From positions 96,001 to 160,000 of the forward strand of contig CAWFJP010000029.1 of assembly GCA_963816145.1 (NCBI GenBank): a stretch of 64,000 nt of DNA. The letters are read 5' to 3'. Below, piece after piece: positions 41,960 to 51,234 of this stretch. The notes beneath the pieces were generated by a model. That model had not been told where the DNA came from. It did not search any database and saw nothing but the letters and a program-made list of their open reading frames with translations. The position numbers and the translations under genes were made by a program. How positions within the stretch are numbered: position 1 is the first letter of the stretch; each line of letters starts with the position of its first letter. This DNA comes from an uncultured delta proteobacterium. Its GTDB lineage: Bacteria > Desulfobacterota > Binatia > UBA9968.

Positions 41960-43336
41960 ATGAGGCAAGCGGTCATGATTATAGAAAATAAAGTTTATAG
42001 ACTGAAAACAACCAAGTGCGGGAACTGGCTGAACATCGTAGCGGTATTATTCGCCGCGGAGCTTGGCGGGAATACCTATCCACTGAGATTCTCGATTGTT
42101 GACGTCTGTGAGGGAGAAATTGTTATTGAATCGACCATTATCAGATTTACCTCCAACCATAAGCATGCTGACAAACTGGGGCTGATCGAGGTTTTAACCC
42201 CGAGAAGAAAGGCGTTCCAAAGCCAGCCTTTTGGTGTCGTTCAGATTGTTCCAACCGGGATCCGGTGTGAATTCGGTGGATTTGCAGGGGATGCCGGTCC
42301 CGTCACTAACCTGTTAGCGTCGACAGTGGATTTTCTCGTTACCCACCCGAACGCGGTCAATGCTTCTGAGCTAAATGAAATGGCGGAGAACGTTTTGTAT
42401 GTGGAAGGGAAAAGTTTAGACGACTTTCTGTTAGGCCATGTAGGCCTGCGCCCAGTTTTGAGTAACCGGATCGGTACGTTCGTAGACAGGACAGGTATTG
42501 ATTATATCGACTCTGTCGTGAACACCCTCAATGCGGCAAGAGCCGTAAGAGGCGTTGAATGTGACCTATACACGGTTTTGCGCGAAGAACTGAACGTCAA
42601 GATAGAGTGGTCGCGGAGCGGATGTGCAGTAGGCACGATCCTTCATCCTGAGGCTATCTTAGAAGCGGTCGAGTTCTTACTCTCCCACGGTGTTCACGCC
42701 GTGGGAGGAGTTTCCGTGATCCATGGTGTGACCAAAGAGATGTTTTCGCATCATCTGCACGGTGAGATCCCAAACCCTTCGGGTGGGATTGAGGCTATTA
42801 TCACCCACCTCATTTCCAAGATCTTTAGAATTCCCACTGCTCACGCTCCACTTCCCTATTACCAAGATCTAAAGGAAAAGAGCACTGTAAACCCGCGTGC
42901 AGCGGCTGAGTTTATTTCGACACCCCATTACTTTTGTGTGCTAAAAGGATTGGCCAGAGCTCCCCGACTCGTTCCGATTTCAAGCCTGGACAATGTCCCT
43001 GATCACCTCATCACTGTCAACAATATCGGTGCAATCATAACGCCGGCAGATTGTCTGGGCGGAATACCGGCGTTGGCGGCGGAATTTAGTGGCATTCCCT
43101 TAATAGCAGTCAGGGAAAATAAAACTCTGCTCAACGTGACAAATGAAACGATGAAGATGATGAACGTTATTGAGGTTAATTCGTACCTTGAAGCTGCCGG
43201 TGTGGTAGTGGCCTTGCGCGAAGGAATTTCTTTGGAAAGCGTTCGTCGGCCTCTTCAGCGCGCAAAGAGAATCGATATGCCTTGCCCAAAGGGTCCGCGG
43301 GCGGAAGAAGTGGAGGCGGTCATGGACAAAATTTGA
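41960..43336 (+). CDS. DUF3326 domain protein with N-terminal extension
   Basis: IVPTGIRCEFGGFAGDA, LVTHPNAVN, LYVEG..LD.F, GGIEAIITHLIS, PTAHAP, PRAAAEFI, VLKGL, IAVREN, SYLEAAG. Confidence 0.8.
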   Translation: MRQAVMIIENKVYRLKTTKCGNWLNIVAVLFAAELGGNTYPLRFSIVDVCEGEIVIESTIIRFTSNHKHADKLGLIEVLTPRRKAFQSQPFGVVQIVPTGIRCEFGGFAGDAGPVTNLLASTVDFLVTHPNAVNASELNEMAENVLYVEGKSLDDFLLGHVGLRPVLSNRIGTFVDRTGIDYIDSVVNTLNAARAVRGVECDLYTVLREELNVKIEWSRSGCAVGTILHPEAILEAVEFLLSHGVHAVGGVSVIHGVTKEMFSHHLHGEIPNPSGGIEAIITHLISKIFRIPTAHAPLPYYQDLKEKSTVNPRAAAEFISTPHYFCVLKGLARAPRLVPISSLDNVPDHLITVNNIGAIITPADCLGGIPALAAEFSGIPLIAVRENKTLLNVTNETMKMMNVIEVNSYLEAAGVVVALREGISLESVRRPLQRAKRIDMPCPKGPRAEEVEAVMDKI

Positions 43337-43390
43337 TTATTCAAAGAGATAAGAAAAACTGACCATGGCCTCCGAACCTACGTCAAACCG

Positions 43391-43861
43391 ATGCTTCACT
43401 CCTGCATCCACCCGGTGATTCAAGCCTGGGCTGAGCGCGCCCCCGCTGCCGTCGCCGTTGCTGCGCCGGGCCGTGCTCCGTTCACTTACGCTCATTTAAG
43501 TACTCACCTTGAGGACGTGGTACAAACGCTTCACACCCTGGGCATAGGCAGCAATAACCGTATCGCACTCGTGCGATCTCATGGTCCAGAGATGGTTGTA
43601 GCCTTTTTAGCCACAGCCGCAGCCGCGGCCAGCGCACCGGTTAACCCAAACTACCGAGCCATTGAATTCGACGCATCTCTCTCGGATCTTCTGGCCGCAC
43701 TACTGGTGTCGCGGATTCGCCACAAGCTGCATTTGGAATTGTCCGTACTTTCCCTCTTCGACGCGCCCACCGTAGCGGATCAGGCAATACTCGTGGAGGA
43801 GACGCTGTTGATCGAAGGACCATGGGCGTGCGGGGAAGGGCACGGGAGCGGGATGTTATAA
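43391..43861 (+). pseudogene. Internally deleted A-T (acyl-CoA ligase-carrier) relic
   Basis: The first ~100 aa are an adenylation N-terminus (..APVNPNYRAIEFDASLSDL). They are fused directly to a carrier-protein tail (LAALLVSRIR...LFDAPTVA); the A3-A10 motifs and the GGxS serine are missing. Confidence 0.8.
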
Positions 43862-43871
43862 GAAGACGAAA

Positions 43872-46800
43872 ATGCAAAACGAAACCGGGAGGCAAGCGCT
43901 TATTGAACAGCATCAACGAGCCAGGTCGACGGCAGCGCAAATAGCGGGTCGTATCCCACGTCGTGTCACGCAAGGGCCTGCGCCGCTCTCCGCCGCGCAG
44001 AAGCGACTCTGGATATTACAGCAACTGGAACCCGACAATCCGGTTTTCAACCGCCCTCTCGCGCTTCGCCTCACTGGGGAGCTAGACCCGAGTGTTCTAA
44101 CGCACAGTATTAGCGAAATCGTGCGACGGCACGAAGCTTTGCGCACCGTTTTCCCGGGCCAAGGAGGCGATCCTGTCCAAATTGTGCTCCCGCCCCGGAA
44201 ACTTACCCTGGAGATAATAGATCTTCAGCATCTTGACGAAGCGGCGCGGGAGGGAGAGGCGAAACGGATCGCTGCCGCTCAAGCACAGAAGATTTTCGTG
44301 CTGCCCGAGGGGCCGCTCATCCGGACATTGCTGCTGCGGCTGGCAAAGCAGAAGCACGTGCTGTTGTTGCTGATGCATCACATCGTGTTTGACGGATGGT
44401 CCGAGACCGTGCTTCTGCGGGAATTGGGAGTTCTATACGATGCATTCACCAGCGGTAAGGCCACGCCCCTGCCAGAGGTGCCGATCCACTATGCGGATTT
44501 TGCCGTTTGGCAGCAGGAGCGGCTCGGCGAGGAGACCTTCAAGAAACAACTGCGCTACTGGGAGCGGCAACTGGACGGGATGCCTCCTGCGCTCACGCTA
44601 CCGACGGATTACCCAAGGCAGAAAACCCTAAATTACCGAGGTGATCGACGGACTTTTGTGCTGTCCCTCGTAGTGGCCGAACAGCTTAAAGAACTCAGCC
44701 GTCGAGAGCGCGTTACGCTTTTCATGACGCTGTTCGCGACGTTCCAAATATTGCTGGGTCGCTATGCGAGGCAGGACGATGTGGTCGTAGGGGTACCGAT
44801 CGCTGGGCGGACGCACGCGGAGACGGAGGGGCTGATTGGCTGTTTCATGAACGTGCTGGTCATGCGAACGGATCTCTCCGGCGACCCAACATTCCGAGAA
44901 TTACTTGGGCGGGTTCGGGATGTCGCGTTGCAGTCCTACGCCCATCAGGAGGTGCCGTTTGAAAAAGTGGTGGAGGTGCTGCGGCCAGAGCGAGACTTAC
45001 ACCGATGGCCTTTGTTTCAGGTTATGTTCCACCTGCGTAACCTACCTAGGGTAAACTTAGTGACGGCAGGAAACGTCCACATTGAGCCGTTTCCGTTCGA
45101 CCCTGGGATGATCGGGGGACTAGATCTGAGCCTGGAAATGCAGGATCTTTCGGACGGTCTTCACTGTACCTTTAGATACGCTATCGAGTTTCAGACCGGC
45201 ACCATCGAGCGGATGGCAGAGCAATTCCGCATCCTGCTGGAGACCGTTGTGGCCGATCCAGATCGATCTATAGCCAATTTGTCGCTATTGAATGACCGGG
45301 AGCGCCACCAGTTCCTCATCGAGTGGAACGATACCAAGCGGGAGTATCTCCAAGACAAGTGCGTTCATCAACTCTTTGAAGAACAAGTAGAGCGCACGCC
45401 GGACGCTGTCGCGCTCGTCTTTCAAGACCAGCAATTAACTTACGGCGAACTCAATATTAGAGGCAACCAGTTGGCGCATTATCTGCGCAAGCTCGGCGTG
45501 GGGCCGGACGCGCTGGTTGCCATCTGCGTAGAGCGGTCTGTAGAAATGATCGTGGGCCTGCTCGGCATCCTCAAAGCCGGCGGAGCCTACGTGCCGTTGG
45601 ACCCGTCGTATCCGCGAGAGCAACTTGCTTTTATGCTCGAGGATACTCAAGTGCCAGTTCTGCTGACGCAACAATCGCTGTCAAGGGATCTTCCCCAGCA
45701 TGGGGCGCTTGTTGTGTGCCTGGACGCAGAACGGGACCGAGTTCTCGCCAATGAGAGCAAGGAGAATCCTGTCACTTGTGTCACACCCGACAACCTTGCG
45801 TACGTGATCTATACTTCAGGATCCACGGGCAGACCAAAGGGCGTGATGGCGTGTCACCGTGGGGTTTGCAATTACTTGCATTGGAGACACGACTACTTTC
45901 CACTGACGGAAGCAGATCGATTACTACAAAAAGCTTCTTTGAGTTTTGATGATTCGGTCTGGGAGTTTTTTGAGCCTCTAACGGTCGGAGCGCGATTGAT
46001 CATGGCGTTGCCCGGCGGTTATCGGGACTCTGCCTATCTTGTTCGAGTGATTGCCGAGCAGAAAATTACTGCGGTCTCGTTCGTGCCCTCGATGCTGCAA
46101 GTATTCCTACAGGAAGAGGGGGTAGAAAGATGCAACGGTTTGAGACGAGTCACGATCGGCGGCGAGGCGCTGTCGGTCGAGCTCCAGGAGCGCTATTTCG
46201 CGCGGCTGGGCGCCGAGCTCTACAACGGCTACGGACCGACTGAAGCGACCATTGCGGCGATCTTCTGGGCTTGCAAGCGCGGCGACCCTCGACGCGTTGT
46301 GCCCATCGGCCGCCCGATCGCCAACGCACAGATCTACTTATTGGACTCACATTTACAGCCAGTTCCCATCGGTATCCCAGGTGAATTGCACATTGGTGGT
46401 GTCGGTCTAGCTCGGGGCTACCTCAACAGGCCTGATCTAACGGCTGAGCGGTTTATTCCTGATCCATTCAGCGCAAAGGCTGGCGCGCGGCTGTACAAGA
46501 CCGGTGACTTAGCCCGCTATCTGCCGGACGGCAACATCGAGTTTCTCGGACGAATGGACGACCAGGTCAAAATCCGCGGCTATCGTATCGAGCTTGGAGA
46601 AATCGAGGCGATGCTCGGGCAATATCCCGCGGTTGAGAGTTCGTTGGTGGTGGTGCGAGAGGATACGCCTGGTGACAGGCGGTTAGTCGCTTACTTGGTA
46701 GCGCGGCCAGAAGCGTCGTTCAACGCTATGGAGGCGAGAAAGTATCTTAAGCAAAAATTACCTGAGTACATGATTCCTTCCGCTTTCGTGCTGTTGAATG

Positions 46801-47216
46801 AATTGCCATTAACACCCAATGGCAAGGTAGATCGCAACGCGGTGCCGATTCCCGACAAACGCCAACGAGACCAAGGAAGAATGTATCGCGAACCGCGCAC
46901 ACCGGCGGAAAAGCAGATTGAGAGAATATGGGCCGACGTATTACGGTTGGACAAAGTGAGCATCGACGATAATTTTTTTGATTTAGGCGGTCATTCGTTG
47001 CTTGCTACGCAAGTGGTGACACGGTTAAAAATGCTGTTTCCAAACGAAATAGCTCTACGTCAACTGTTCGAGTTCCCAACCATTGCGGAATTAGCGGCTG
47101 TGATCATTGATAGTCAAAGAAGGCGGCTGGGAGACGAGGAGTTGGCGAAACTTCTCGACGAAGTGGAATCGCTATCGGATGAGAAAGCACAGGGGATTGT
47201 TAGGGAAAAGTTTTGA
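43872..47216 (+). CDS. NRPS C-A-T module
   Basis: HHIVFDG, YTSGSTGRPKG, YGPTE, YKTGD, GGHSL, acidic C-terminal docking helix; no TE domain. Confidence 0.93.
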   Translation: MQNETGRQALIEQHQRARSTAAQIAGRIPRRVTQGPAPLSAAQKRLWILQQLEPDNPVFNRPLALRLTGELDPSVLTHSISEIVRRHEALRTVFPGQGGDPVQIVLPPRKLTLEIIDLQHLDEAAREGEAKRIAAAQAQKIFVLPEGPLIRTLLLRLAKQKHVLLLLMHHIVFDGWSETVLLRELGVLYDAFTSGKATPLPEVPIHYADFAVWQQERLGEETFKKQLRYWERQLDGMPPALTLPTDYPRQKTLNYRGDRRTFVLSLVVAEQLKELSRRERVTLFMTLFATFQILLGRYARQDDVVVGVPIAGRTHAETEGLIGCFMNVLVMRTDLSGDPTFRELLGRVRDVALQSYAHQEVPFEKVVEVLRPERDLHRWPLFQVMFHLRNLPRVNLVTAGNVHIEPFPFDPGMIGGLDLSLEMQDLSDGLHCTFRYAIEFQTGTIERMAEQFRILLETVVADPDRSIANLSLLNDRERHQFLIEWNDTKREYLQDKCVHQLFEEQVERTPDAVALVFQDQQLTYGELNIRGNQLAHYLRKLGVGPDALVAICVERSVEMIVGLLGILKAGGAYVPLDPSYPREQLAFMLEDTQVPVLLTQQSLSRDLPQHGALVVCLDAERDRVLANESKENPVTCVTPDNLAYVIYTSGSTGRPKGVMACHRGVCNYLHWRHDYFPLTEADRLLQKASLSFDDSVWEFFEPLTVGARLIMALPGGYRDSAYLVRVIAEQKITAVSFVPSMLQVFLQEEGVERCNGLRRVTIGGEALSVELQERYFARLGAELYNGYGPTEATIAAIFWACKRGDPRRVVPIGRPIANAQIYLLDSHLQPVPIGIPGELHIGGVGLARGYLNRPDLTAERFIPDPFSAKAGARLYKTGDLARYLPDGNIEFLGRMDDQVKIRGYRIELGEIEAMLGQYPAVESSLVVVREDTPGDRRLVAYLVARPEASFNAMEARKYLKQKLPEYMIPSAFVLLNELPLTPNGKVDRNAVPIPDKRQRDQGRMYREPRTPAEKQIERIWADVLRLDKVSIDDNFFDLGGHSLLATQVVTRLKMLFPNEIALRQLFEFPTIAELAAVIIDSQRRRLGDEELAKLLDEVESLSDEKAQGIVREKF

Positions 47217-47334
47217 TGGGACGGAAAAAAACTGATTCCGCCGGGACCAATTGCCGTCTTATGAGAAGCTTAAGCCGCTTGCTGCGAGAAAGCCCAATCG
47301 GAGTCAACGCCGCTTTCGAGCGCAAGATATTTCG

Positions 47335-47604
47335 CTATTTTCCACCGGTCAGGGATGCTTGCACTTTTTTAAATGTGTCGAGATTTTTCTGTAAGCCAGT
47401 AATATGGTCCTGCATCTCGACGATCGACGAGCCAAATTGGGCTACCGAACCGACCGGGCCACCTGCCTTGCCGGCTTGTTCCAGCAACCCGCCGATCTGG
47501 GCCTCAGCTTGCCGCTGCGTCATCGAGCCGCAAACGTAACCCAGCCCGAATACACCCAAGATCACGGCGGTCATCAATCCCCGAGAAAATTTCCTTTTTG
47601 ACAT
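47335..47604 (-). CDS. Small secreted/membrane-anchored hypothetical protein
   Basis: RBS GAGGT, N-terminal hydrophobic helix, AEA-Q cleavage-like site, coiled C-terminus. Confidence 0.7.
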   Translation of the reverse strand: MSKRKFSRGLMTAVILGVFGLGYVCGSMTQRQAEAQIGGLLEQAGKAGGPVGSVAQFGSSIVEMQDHITGLQKNLDTFKKVQASLTGGK

Positions 47605-47774
47605 AACTACCTCGTTTTGAATTTGATACTAACTAATCAGCAAAATATTGCACCGTAAAACTATTTTTGGCAACAGTGAAAGCTGCTGCGCGCCAGTTCC
47701 TGATTTGACTTGTAGTGCGGCTCGCAGCATGGTCGTTACGTGCGCAAAGAAAAACCCGGGGAGTAAGATTAGCT

Positions 47775-48788
47775 ATGCGATTCGGCATTGAGTTTGGCAG
47801 TTACCCGTCGGATTTGCCGCCGGTGGAGGTGTGTCAGCAGGTTACGGAACGGGCGCTGGTGGCGCAGAGGAATAATTTCGAAGCACTGTTTGTCGCTCAG
47901 CATTTTCTCACCGGGCCGGATGCGGCGATCTTGCAATCGATTCCGCTGTTGTCCTATTTGGCCGGGCGGGTGCCGGGGATGTATGTCGGTACTTCGATCT
48001 TTCTCTTGCCGCTACACCATCCGGTGATGGTCGCCGAGTACATGGCGACGCTCGACAATCTGTCCGGCGGCAAGCTTCTTTTCGGGGTCGGCCAGGGCTA
48101 TCGCACAAGCGAGTTCAATTCCTTTGGCATCGATTTGCGCGAGCGACGCGGCCGATTGGTCGAGAGCCTGGAGGTCATCCGCCGGCTCTGGAGGGAAGAC
48201 ATTGTGACGTTTCACGGCGAGTATTTTCATCTCGACAAAGTGTCGATGGCGCCCAAACCGCTGCAGCATCCCGGTCCGCCAATACTGCTCGGCGCAGACG
48301 CTGTCAGGACCGTCGCCAAAGTTCCCGAGGTGGCGGACCATTGGATTGCCAGCCGGCGCCACTCGAAGGCGTTCTTGCGCGAAGCGCTGCCGATCTACAA
48401 AGTTGCCCTGGAGAAGCAGGGGCGGCCGTATAAAGGGTTGTTTATTTTTCGCGACCTATGCATAGCCGACAGCTCGCGCGAAGCTGAAGAGCGTATTCGC
48501 GAAGGCTACGAGCGGCGTTATTTGCGCTATCAGCAATGGGGCCAACCCGGCGAGCGCTACGATCTCAAGTTCGATGAGTTGAAGCGCGACCGCTTGATCC
48601 TCGGCAGTCCTGCCGAAGTCGTCGAGCAGGTGATGGCCTATCACGAGGAATTCGGCGCCGAGGTGATGTGGTTCATGGTCGATTGGCCGGGCATGGACCC
48701 GCGTTTTACTCTGGAGACCATCGAGCGCTTTGGCGCGGAGGTGATCCCGCAAGTCAACCGACGAACAAAGCCCTGCCCGCTGCCGTGA
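47775..48788 (+). CDS. Luciferase-like (LLM) flavin-dependent oxidoreductase
   Basis: MRFGI, LPLHHPVMVAE..TLDNLSGG, GVGQGYR, PKPLQHPGPPI, GSPAEV, FGAEVIP. Confidence 0.9.
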   Translation: MRFGIEFGSYPSDLPPVEVCQQVTERALVAQRNNFEALFVAQHFLTGPDAAILQSIPLLSYLAGRVPGMYVGTSIFLLPLHHPVMVAEYMATLDNLSGGKLLFGVGQGYRTSEFNSFGIDLRERRGRLVESLEVIRRLWREDIVTFHGEYFHLDKVSMAPKPLQHPGPPILLGADAVRTVAKVPEVADHWIASRRHSKAFLREALPIYKVALEKQGRPYKGLFIFRDLCIADSSREAEERIREGYERRYLRYQQWGQPGERYDLKFDELKRDRLILGSPAEVVEQVMAYHEEFGAEVMWFMVDWPGMDPRFTLETIERFGAEVIPQVNRRTKPCPLP

Positions 48789-48804
48789 GGCTGCATGTTC
48801 TTTG

Positions 48805-48864
48805 GTAGGGACGACCCACTACGGTCGTTCGTCCGAAAGGGCAGACACGGGGGTCTGCTCCTAC
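48805..48864. repeat. GTAG-type REP doublet
   Basis: GTAGGGACGACC..GGTCGTTC and GGGCAGACAC..GTCTGCTCCTAC. Confidence 0.7.
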
Positions 48865-48989
48865 ATTGGCCAACGAATCACTAATATTGATGTGAATTAC
48901 TTTGCTCCGTTATTGTCAGTGCGCGACGAGCTATGATACAAAATTTGTTTTACGAAATGACCATTACGAACAGCTAAGAGGAGTTTCTC

Positions 48990-50228
48990 ATGCAACAGGA
49001 AGTTTTGGACCAAGTCGACCGCGAGCGTATCGTCGAGGTGGCGTGCAACCTCGCCAACATCGTCAGCATCACCGGCGATGAGGAAAATGTCGCCAAGTAT
49101 CTGGGCAGCGAGTTCGAAAAACTCGGCATGCAAGTTGAGTATCAATATGTCGAAGACGGGCGGCCTAACGTTATCGGCAGGCTCAAAGGCTCAGGAGGCG
49201 GCGCAACCTTGATGTTCAACGCGCATATGGATCACTTCGACGCGCCGCAGGAGACCGTGGTCGACGAGGACCGCATCTATGGCCGCGGTTTGGTCAACAT
49301 GAAGGCGGCGTTTCCCTGCTACATCGAAGCGGTATCGGCGTTGCAAAAAGCCGGCGCGACGCTCAAGGGCGATTTGATCATCTCCGGCGTAGTCGGCGAG
49401 ATCGAAAAGGCCCAGATCGGTCGCTTCCACGGCAAAGAGTATCGCGGCGCCGGCGTCGGCGCGCGCTATTTGATGGACCACGGCGTGATGGCCGATATGT
49501 GCATCATCGGCGAGCCCACCGGCTTGCAGCTGCAAATCGGCAACTCAGGTCTTCTCTGGGCGCGCGTGAGCGTCGACGGCAGAGCGACCAAATTCGTTCT
49601 CGCCGCCTGCAAGGTCGCGCAAGCGATTCAAGATTGGGAAAAGGAATACCAGCGCAAAAATCCCCACAAGTTCATGCTGCCGACGGTGCAGATCGGCGCC
49701 ATCGATGGCGGCAACGCATTCAAACCCGGCACTCGACCGACCACCGATATCTTCGTCATCGTCAAGATGCTTCCAGGTGCCGTGCCGCTGGCGATCAAGC
49801 GCGACATCGAAGCGGTGTGTGAAAAGGTGCGCAAGCGCGAACCGGATATTCTCGACATTCGCATCGAGCTTTATCTGACCACGCCCGGCTACGAGATCTC
49901 CAAGAGCGAACCTTTGGTGAAAGTCATGGAGGCCGCGCACAAGACCGTCTTCAAGTCACCGGTGCCCTATGCCAAGCCGATTCGTTACGGCATCACCAGC
50001 GACGGCTCGCGCATCGCCCAATACGGCGTGCCGGCGATCACCTACGGTCCCGGCTTCGGCACCCATCTGATCGACCCGACCGAGACCAAAGCGGGTGAGG
50101 AGTGGGATTCGCCCACCGGGGTGCGCCGCGGCGTCGGCATCTCCAATATGGTCAACTGCGCGAAAGTCTACGCCATGGCGGCGCTGGATAGTTGTAACCG
50201 GAAGAAAGAGGAAGTCGCTAAGTCGTAA
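48990..50228 (+). CDS. M20 family metallo-hydrolase (ArgE/DapE-like)
   Basis: GRPNVIG, FNAHMD, YGRGLVNMK, IIGEPT, YGPG. Confidence 0.85.
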   Translation: MQQEVLDQVDRERIVEVACNLANIVSITGDEENVAKYLGSEFEKLGMQVEYQYVEDGRPNVIGRLKGSGGGATLMFNAHMDHFDAPQETVVDEDRIYGRGLVNMKAAFPCYIEAVSALQKAGATLKGDLIISGVVGEIEKAQIGRFHGKEYRGAGVGARYLMDHGVMADMCIIGEPTGLQLQIGNSGLLWARVSVDGRATKFVLAACKVAQAIQDWEKEYQRKNPHKFMLPTVQIGAIDGGNAFKPGTRPTTDIFVIVKMLPGAVPLAIKRDIEAVCEKVRKREPDILDIRIELYLTTPGYEISKSEPLVKVMEAAHKTVFKSPVPYAKPIRYGITSDGSRIAQYGVPAITYGPGFGTHLIDPTETKAGEEWDSPTGVRRGVGISNMVNCAKVYAMAALDSCNRKKEEVAKS

Positions 50229-50325
50229 TGGATAATTGAGAATGGATAATGGAAAATGTCGGACGTTGCTCAGGTAAGTTACCTGAGTTCTTGAATTGTC
50301 CATTCTCCATTTTCCATTATCAATT
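50227..50325. repeat. Inverted doublet of 7-mer tandem repeat (AATKGAN)
   Basis: AATGGAT AATTGAG AATGGAT AATGGAA AAT ... ATTGTCC ATTCTCC ATTTTCC ATTATCA ATT. Confidence 0.8.
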
Positions 50326-50343
50326 TGTTGTGAAAGAACGACT

Positions 50344-51225
50344 ATGGATTTAACCTTTGCCCACTACCGTAATCGCTTCTGCATGTTCCGCACCTACTAC
50401 GCCTTGGCTGTGGGCAAGGTGAAGGCGGACGGTATCAATATGAAAGTCATCGAGCTGCCCGATCCGCCGAGCAAAGATCAGGAAGAAGCGCTGATTCGCG
50501 GCGACGTGCAGGCGGCGAATCTTTATCTGCCGAATTTTCTCCGGCGCAAACTGCAAGGCGCGCCGATTCTCGGTCTCGCCACGGAGTGGAAGTCGACCAT
50601 GAAAGGCAACGGGGTTTTCGTGCTCGCCGACGGGCCGGTAAAATCCCCCAAGGATCTCGAAGGCCGGCTCATCGCCACCCATCAGGGCATGCACGCGATT
50701 CACAGGTATTTGCTACGGCGCGCCTACGGGCTCGACGACGAGAAATTGCGCTGGGAAGGCTATCCCCAGGAAAAACTTCTCGGCGTGCTGCAGAGCGGCA
50801 AAGCGGACGCAGTGGTGCTGCTTGATCAGTTTTTTTTCCGCGGCGAGGTCGCGCCCGGCGTACGCTGTCTCTACACGGACGGCGAGGCCTGGCAAAAGCT
50901 CACCGGCTTCGACGAGATGATCAAGCATATGGTGGCGGCGCGCGAAGATCTGCTTCGCGACAATCCTGGCATCAAAGACCTGTTGCTGCGGGCCTTCCGC
51001 GAGTCGTTCGCTTACAGCGAAGCGCATTTAGAAGAAGTCGCCGACGTGTTCCTGTCGCGCTATGAAGGGGACCGTGAGGCCTTGCTCGCATCGGCGCGTT
51101 ATCCGCGCATCGAGTTTACCTTTACCGAGAAAGAACAAAAGCTCGCCCAACAGGAGATGGAGCTGCTTGTCGACGTCGGGCAGATCCCGCGGGCGGCGCC
51201 GATCGCGTCGTTATTTGCCGTTTAA
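50344..51225 (+). CDS. Periplasmic-binding-fold protein (NMT1/MqnA-MqnD-like), no signal peptide
   Basis: SPKDLEGRLIAT, LQSGKADAVVL, AREDLLRDNP, FRESFAY; start ATG 50344. Confidence 0.7.
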   Translation: MDLTFAHYRNRFCMFRTYYALAVGKVKADGINMKVIELPDPPSKDQEEALIRGDVQAANLYLPNFLRRKLQGAPILGLATEWKSTMKGNGVFVLADGPVKSPKDLEGRLIATHQGMHAIHRYLLRRAYGLDDEKLRWEGYPQEKLLGVLQSGKADAVVLLDQFFFRGEVAPGVRCLYTDGEAWQKLTGFDEMIKHMVAAREDLLRDNPGIKDLLLRAFRESFAYSEAHLEEVADVFLSRYEGDREALLASARYPRIEFTFTEKEQKLAQQEMELLVDVGQIPRAAPIASLFAV

Positions 51226-51234
51226 TCCGCGCCG

